A stretch of 64,000 nucleotides of DNA from IMG/VR virus record IMGVR_UViG_3300042473_001265, positions 62,001 through 126,000 of that record, one strand, 5' to 3'. Shown piece by piece: positions 61,918 through 64,000 of the stretch. Position 1 is the stretch's first letter; each line of letters opens with the position of its first letter. The translations under genes were made by a program, and so were the position numbers. The notes under the pieces are model-generated. The model searched no databases, was not told where the DNA came from, and saw only the letters and a program-made list of their open reading frames with translations.

Positions 61918-62159
61918 TGGCGACACTGGCCGAATACTTTGCCGAACACAGGCCTACTGCACAATATCACATCGGCGATCGCGTAGAAGGATTGTTTAAC
62001 AAAAAAATTCCCTGGGTGGGCACTGTGGGCAGTGATGTCATGCGCAACGAGATTGAAGGTCCAATGGTCAGTGTGCATTTGGACCTTCCGCTACGGGTCG
62101 ACGGCGTAGTGTATCAATATCTTAGAGTCAAATATAAAGAGTTACGACTACGGTCGTAA
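61917..62159 (+). CDS. hypothetical protein
   Basis: 80-aa coupled ORF. Confidence 0.55.
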   Translation: MATLAEYFAEHRPTAQYHIGDRVEGLFNKKIPWVGTVGSDVMRNEIEGPMVSVHLDLPLRVDGVVYQYLRVKYKELRLRS

Positions 62160-62220
62160 CTGCAATAAATCTGCGGGCCATGCCCCTCAGCAGATAATTA
62201 ATACAACAATAGGAAACACA

Positions 62221-62388
62221 ATGGAAATCCAACCCAAAGATACTAGCCGCGGCCATTTTTATGTTAGTCTTGCAAAGAGTGCTATTCGTATTGTGGCAGG
62301 CGGCTGTTTGATTACAGGTAATTTGCTAATGGCGGGTGTTTGCTTTATAATGGCAGAAGTGCTAGGCATTGTGGAGGAACTAGTATAA
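62221..62388 (+). CDS. small membrane protein
   Basis: AGGA SD; 55 aa; stop overlaps the next ATG. Confidence 0.55.
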   Translation: MEIQPKDTSRGHFYVSLAKSAIRIVAGGCLITGNLLMAGVCFIMAEVLGIVEELV

Positions 62389-63200
62389 TGAAGAAAACCA
62401 ACAAACCCACTTTGAAAGAAGTAACCAAAACACGCTACCACAAAAAATTCACTTACTACACCAACGATTCCATAATTGGTCGTAGTCTAAGATTGTATGG
62501 CGAATATGGTCAGTCGGAAATTGATTTTTTACTTTCCATCATCAACAATATACAAAACAAGCCTGTGGTAGTGTATGATGTGGGTGCCAACATTGGTGTT
62601 CATGCCACTGCATTTGCCAGCACTGGTGCTGAAGTTCATTGCTTTGAACCCAATCCGTTGAACTTTGCCATGCTGAAACAGAATACCAAAGGACTTGCCA
62701 ATGTCACTTTGCACAACCTAGCAGCTACCAATGTGGCCGGTGACATTTTGATTCAGACATTTGATCCTGAAATTGTGGGCAACTACGGCGAGATGCTGAT
62801 CAACAACGAGACCGGAGTCAGCGCACAGGCAGCACGGTTGGATGATACGGATATACCGCTGCCAAATCTGATTAAAATTGATGCCGAAGGTTCTGAACTG
62901 GGTGTTATACAGGGCTGTCTTGAAAGCATTAAAAAGAACTTGCCATTGATCTACTACGAAGCACAGGAGTCTCCGCACCTGGACAAGATCTACCGCATGC
63001 TGACCGACATTGGCTATCACTTGTACTGGGGGTGTATTCGCAATTACAATCCTGACAATTTTAAAACCAACGCCGACAACATCTTTGGAAACAGTGCATT
63101 GTTCAGTGTGGTTGCTGTTCCTCCTGGATGGGCCGCTGTGGAAGGATTAGACCCTGTGATTGACGCCAATGACAGCTGGCGGCGCTTTTTATCTGAATGA
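62388..63200 (+). CDS. FkbM family methyltransferase
   Basis: VYDVGANIG, FEPNP and IKIDAEGSE motifs. Confidence 0.9.
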   Translation: MKKTNKPTLKEVTKTRYHKKFTYYTNDSIIGRSLRLYGEYGQSEIDFLLSIINNIQNKPVVVYDVGANIGVHATAFASTGAEVHCFEPNPLNFAMLKQNTKGLANVTLHNLAATNVAGDILIQTFDPEIVGNYGEMLINNETGVSAQAARLDDTDIPLPNLIKIDAEGSELGVIQGCLESIKKNLPLIYYEAQESPHLDKIYRMLTDIGYHLYWGCIRNYNPDNFKTNADNIFGNSALFSVVAVPPGWAAVEGLDPVIDANDSWRRFLSE

Positions 63201-63272
63201 TCAATTTGCTCTAATTGGCCAAATAAGCAGTGAAAAACATTTTCACTGCTGTTTTTTTTATTAAATATCTGT

Positions 63273-63476
63273 ATGGAAAATAAAGAAATTACCATTGCTG
63301 ACTTGAATCTGTTGAAAAACATCATAGATCTTGCCAGTACCCGCGGCGCATTTCGTGCAGCGGAAATGAAAGAAGTAGGCGAAGTTTACAACAAACTCAC
63401 TGCCTTTTTAGAAGCTGTAGTAGCACAAGCCAAGGCCCAGGAAGAATCCCAGGCCAGTCAAACACAAGGAGAGTAA
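63273..63476 (+). CDS. hypothetical protein
   Basis: 67-aa ORF with TAAATA upstream. Confidence 0.6.
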   Translation: MENKEITIADLNLLKNIIDLASTRGAFRAAEMKEVGEVYNKLTAFLEAVVAQAKAQEESQASQTQGE

Positions 63477-63478
63477 CA

Positions 63479-64000
63479 ATGGCATTTATGAAACACGTTG
63501 GTAAACACGGTGATCGCAAGGTCTGCATCGTATACCGTCAGGTCCCCGGAGATGATCACATGTGTCTAGTGATTTATCCAGAAACTCTACACGCACACTG
63601 GCAAGATGCTGTGCAAAAAGTTTTAGAAAGCGACATTGGACAAGCTGCTGAAGAATTTGCAGATGCATTGCATCGCAGTTATCTTCCAGATGGTCGCCCA
63701 ATCCTCGAAACATTGCATGTGGAACGAATGATAAAGAAAATTCGCACTGCCGATGTGCTGGTTACACCAACTGGTGCAGCAAAACTTCGTTTAGATGAAC
63801 TGAACAAAATGCTGAACGAAATGAAACAAGGCGATGCAGCCATCAAAAGACTGGCAGAGAATGACGCCAGTCGCGGTATGGTTGCTCCTGATGTCAAACG
63901 CAAGGCCGAAGCAGAATACAAAGCAAGTCAAGCAGCCAAGGCTGCACCTGGTTACACTGCTCCACCTGTGTTGCGAGCCGGTGAAAATGGTGTGTTGAGT
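63479..64000 (+). CDS. hypothetical phage protein, 3'-truncated by the window end
   Basis: GGAG SD; ATG at 63479 (MAFMKHVGKHGDRKVCIVYRQ...); frame open to base 64000. Confidence 0.7.
   Translation, partial: MAFMKHVGKHGDRKVCIVYRQVPGDDHMCLVIYPETLHAHWQDAVQKVLESDIGQAAEEFADALHRSYLPDGRPILETLHVERMIKKIRTADVLVTPTGAAKLRLDELNKMLNEMKQGDAAIKRLAENDASRGMVAPDVKRKAEAEYKASQAAKAAPGYTAPPVLRAGENGVLS

Noticed and set aside
1-64000. Stop-codon reassignment (alternative genetic code)
   Set aside because: Conserved genes are intact under code 11, TAA/TAG/TGA all end genes, and no CTA/TCA/TTA-anticodon tRNA was seen.

Overview
This is a 64 kb segment of a large T4-like tailed dsDNA phage. The host is probably a Gram-negative bacterium, possibly a betaproteobacterium, judging from the porin and the TctA/TctC-like genes (inference). 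Almost all genes lie on the + strand and use the standard code. (1) 1-9.1 kb: modular, low-complexity, probably virion-internal polyproteins with capsid-targeting-like N-termini and repeated V/I/L-x-E junctions, plus a Dps. (2) 9.3-14 kb: DsbA-like protein, family B DNA polymerase, methyltransferase-like protein and clamp-like protein. (3) 14-38.6 kb: 7-deazaguanine pathway (DpdA/TGT-like, DpdL-like, FolE, QueD, QueE; no QueC seen) mixed with glycosyltransferase, epimerase, methyltransferase and SGNH genes, peroxiredoxin, ferredoxin, a secreted subtilase, RNase H and a MazG-like gene. (4) 38.6-49.7 kb: an RNA island with about 28 recognisable tRNAs, several atypical tRNA-like RNAs, a GOLLD-like large RNA, a two-piece tmRNA and a family of inverted-repeat-bounded RNA cassettes. 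(5) 49.8-64 kb: porin, tripartite tricarboxylate transporter-like pair, MoxR-VWA pair, SPFH and FkbM genes. Main discovery: three unannotated leader-peptide attenuators (leader ORF, antiterminator, intrinsic terminator) sit in front of the three tRNA blocks. The codon content of each leader matches the tRNAs downstream of it. This suggests the phage senses shortage or destruction of specific tRNAs through ribosome stalling and switches on the matching tRNA operon. All calls were made by eye; no database search or folding computation was run.
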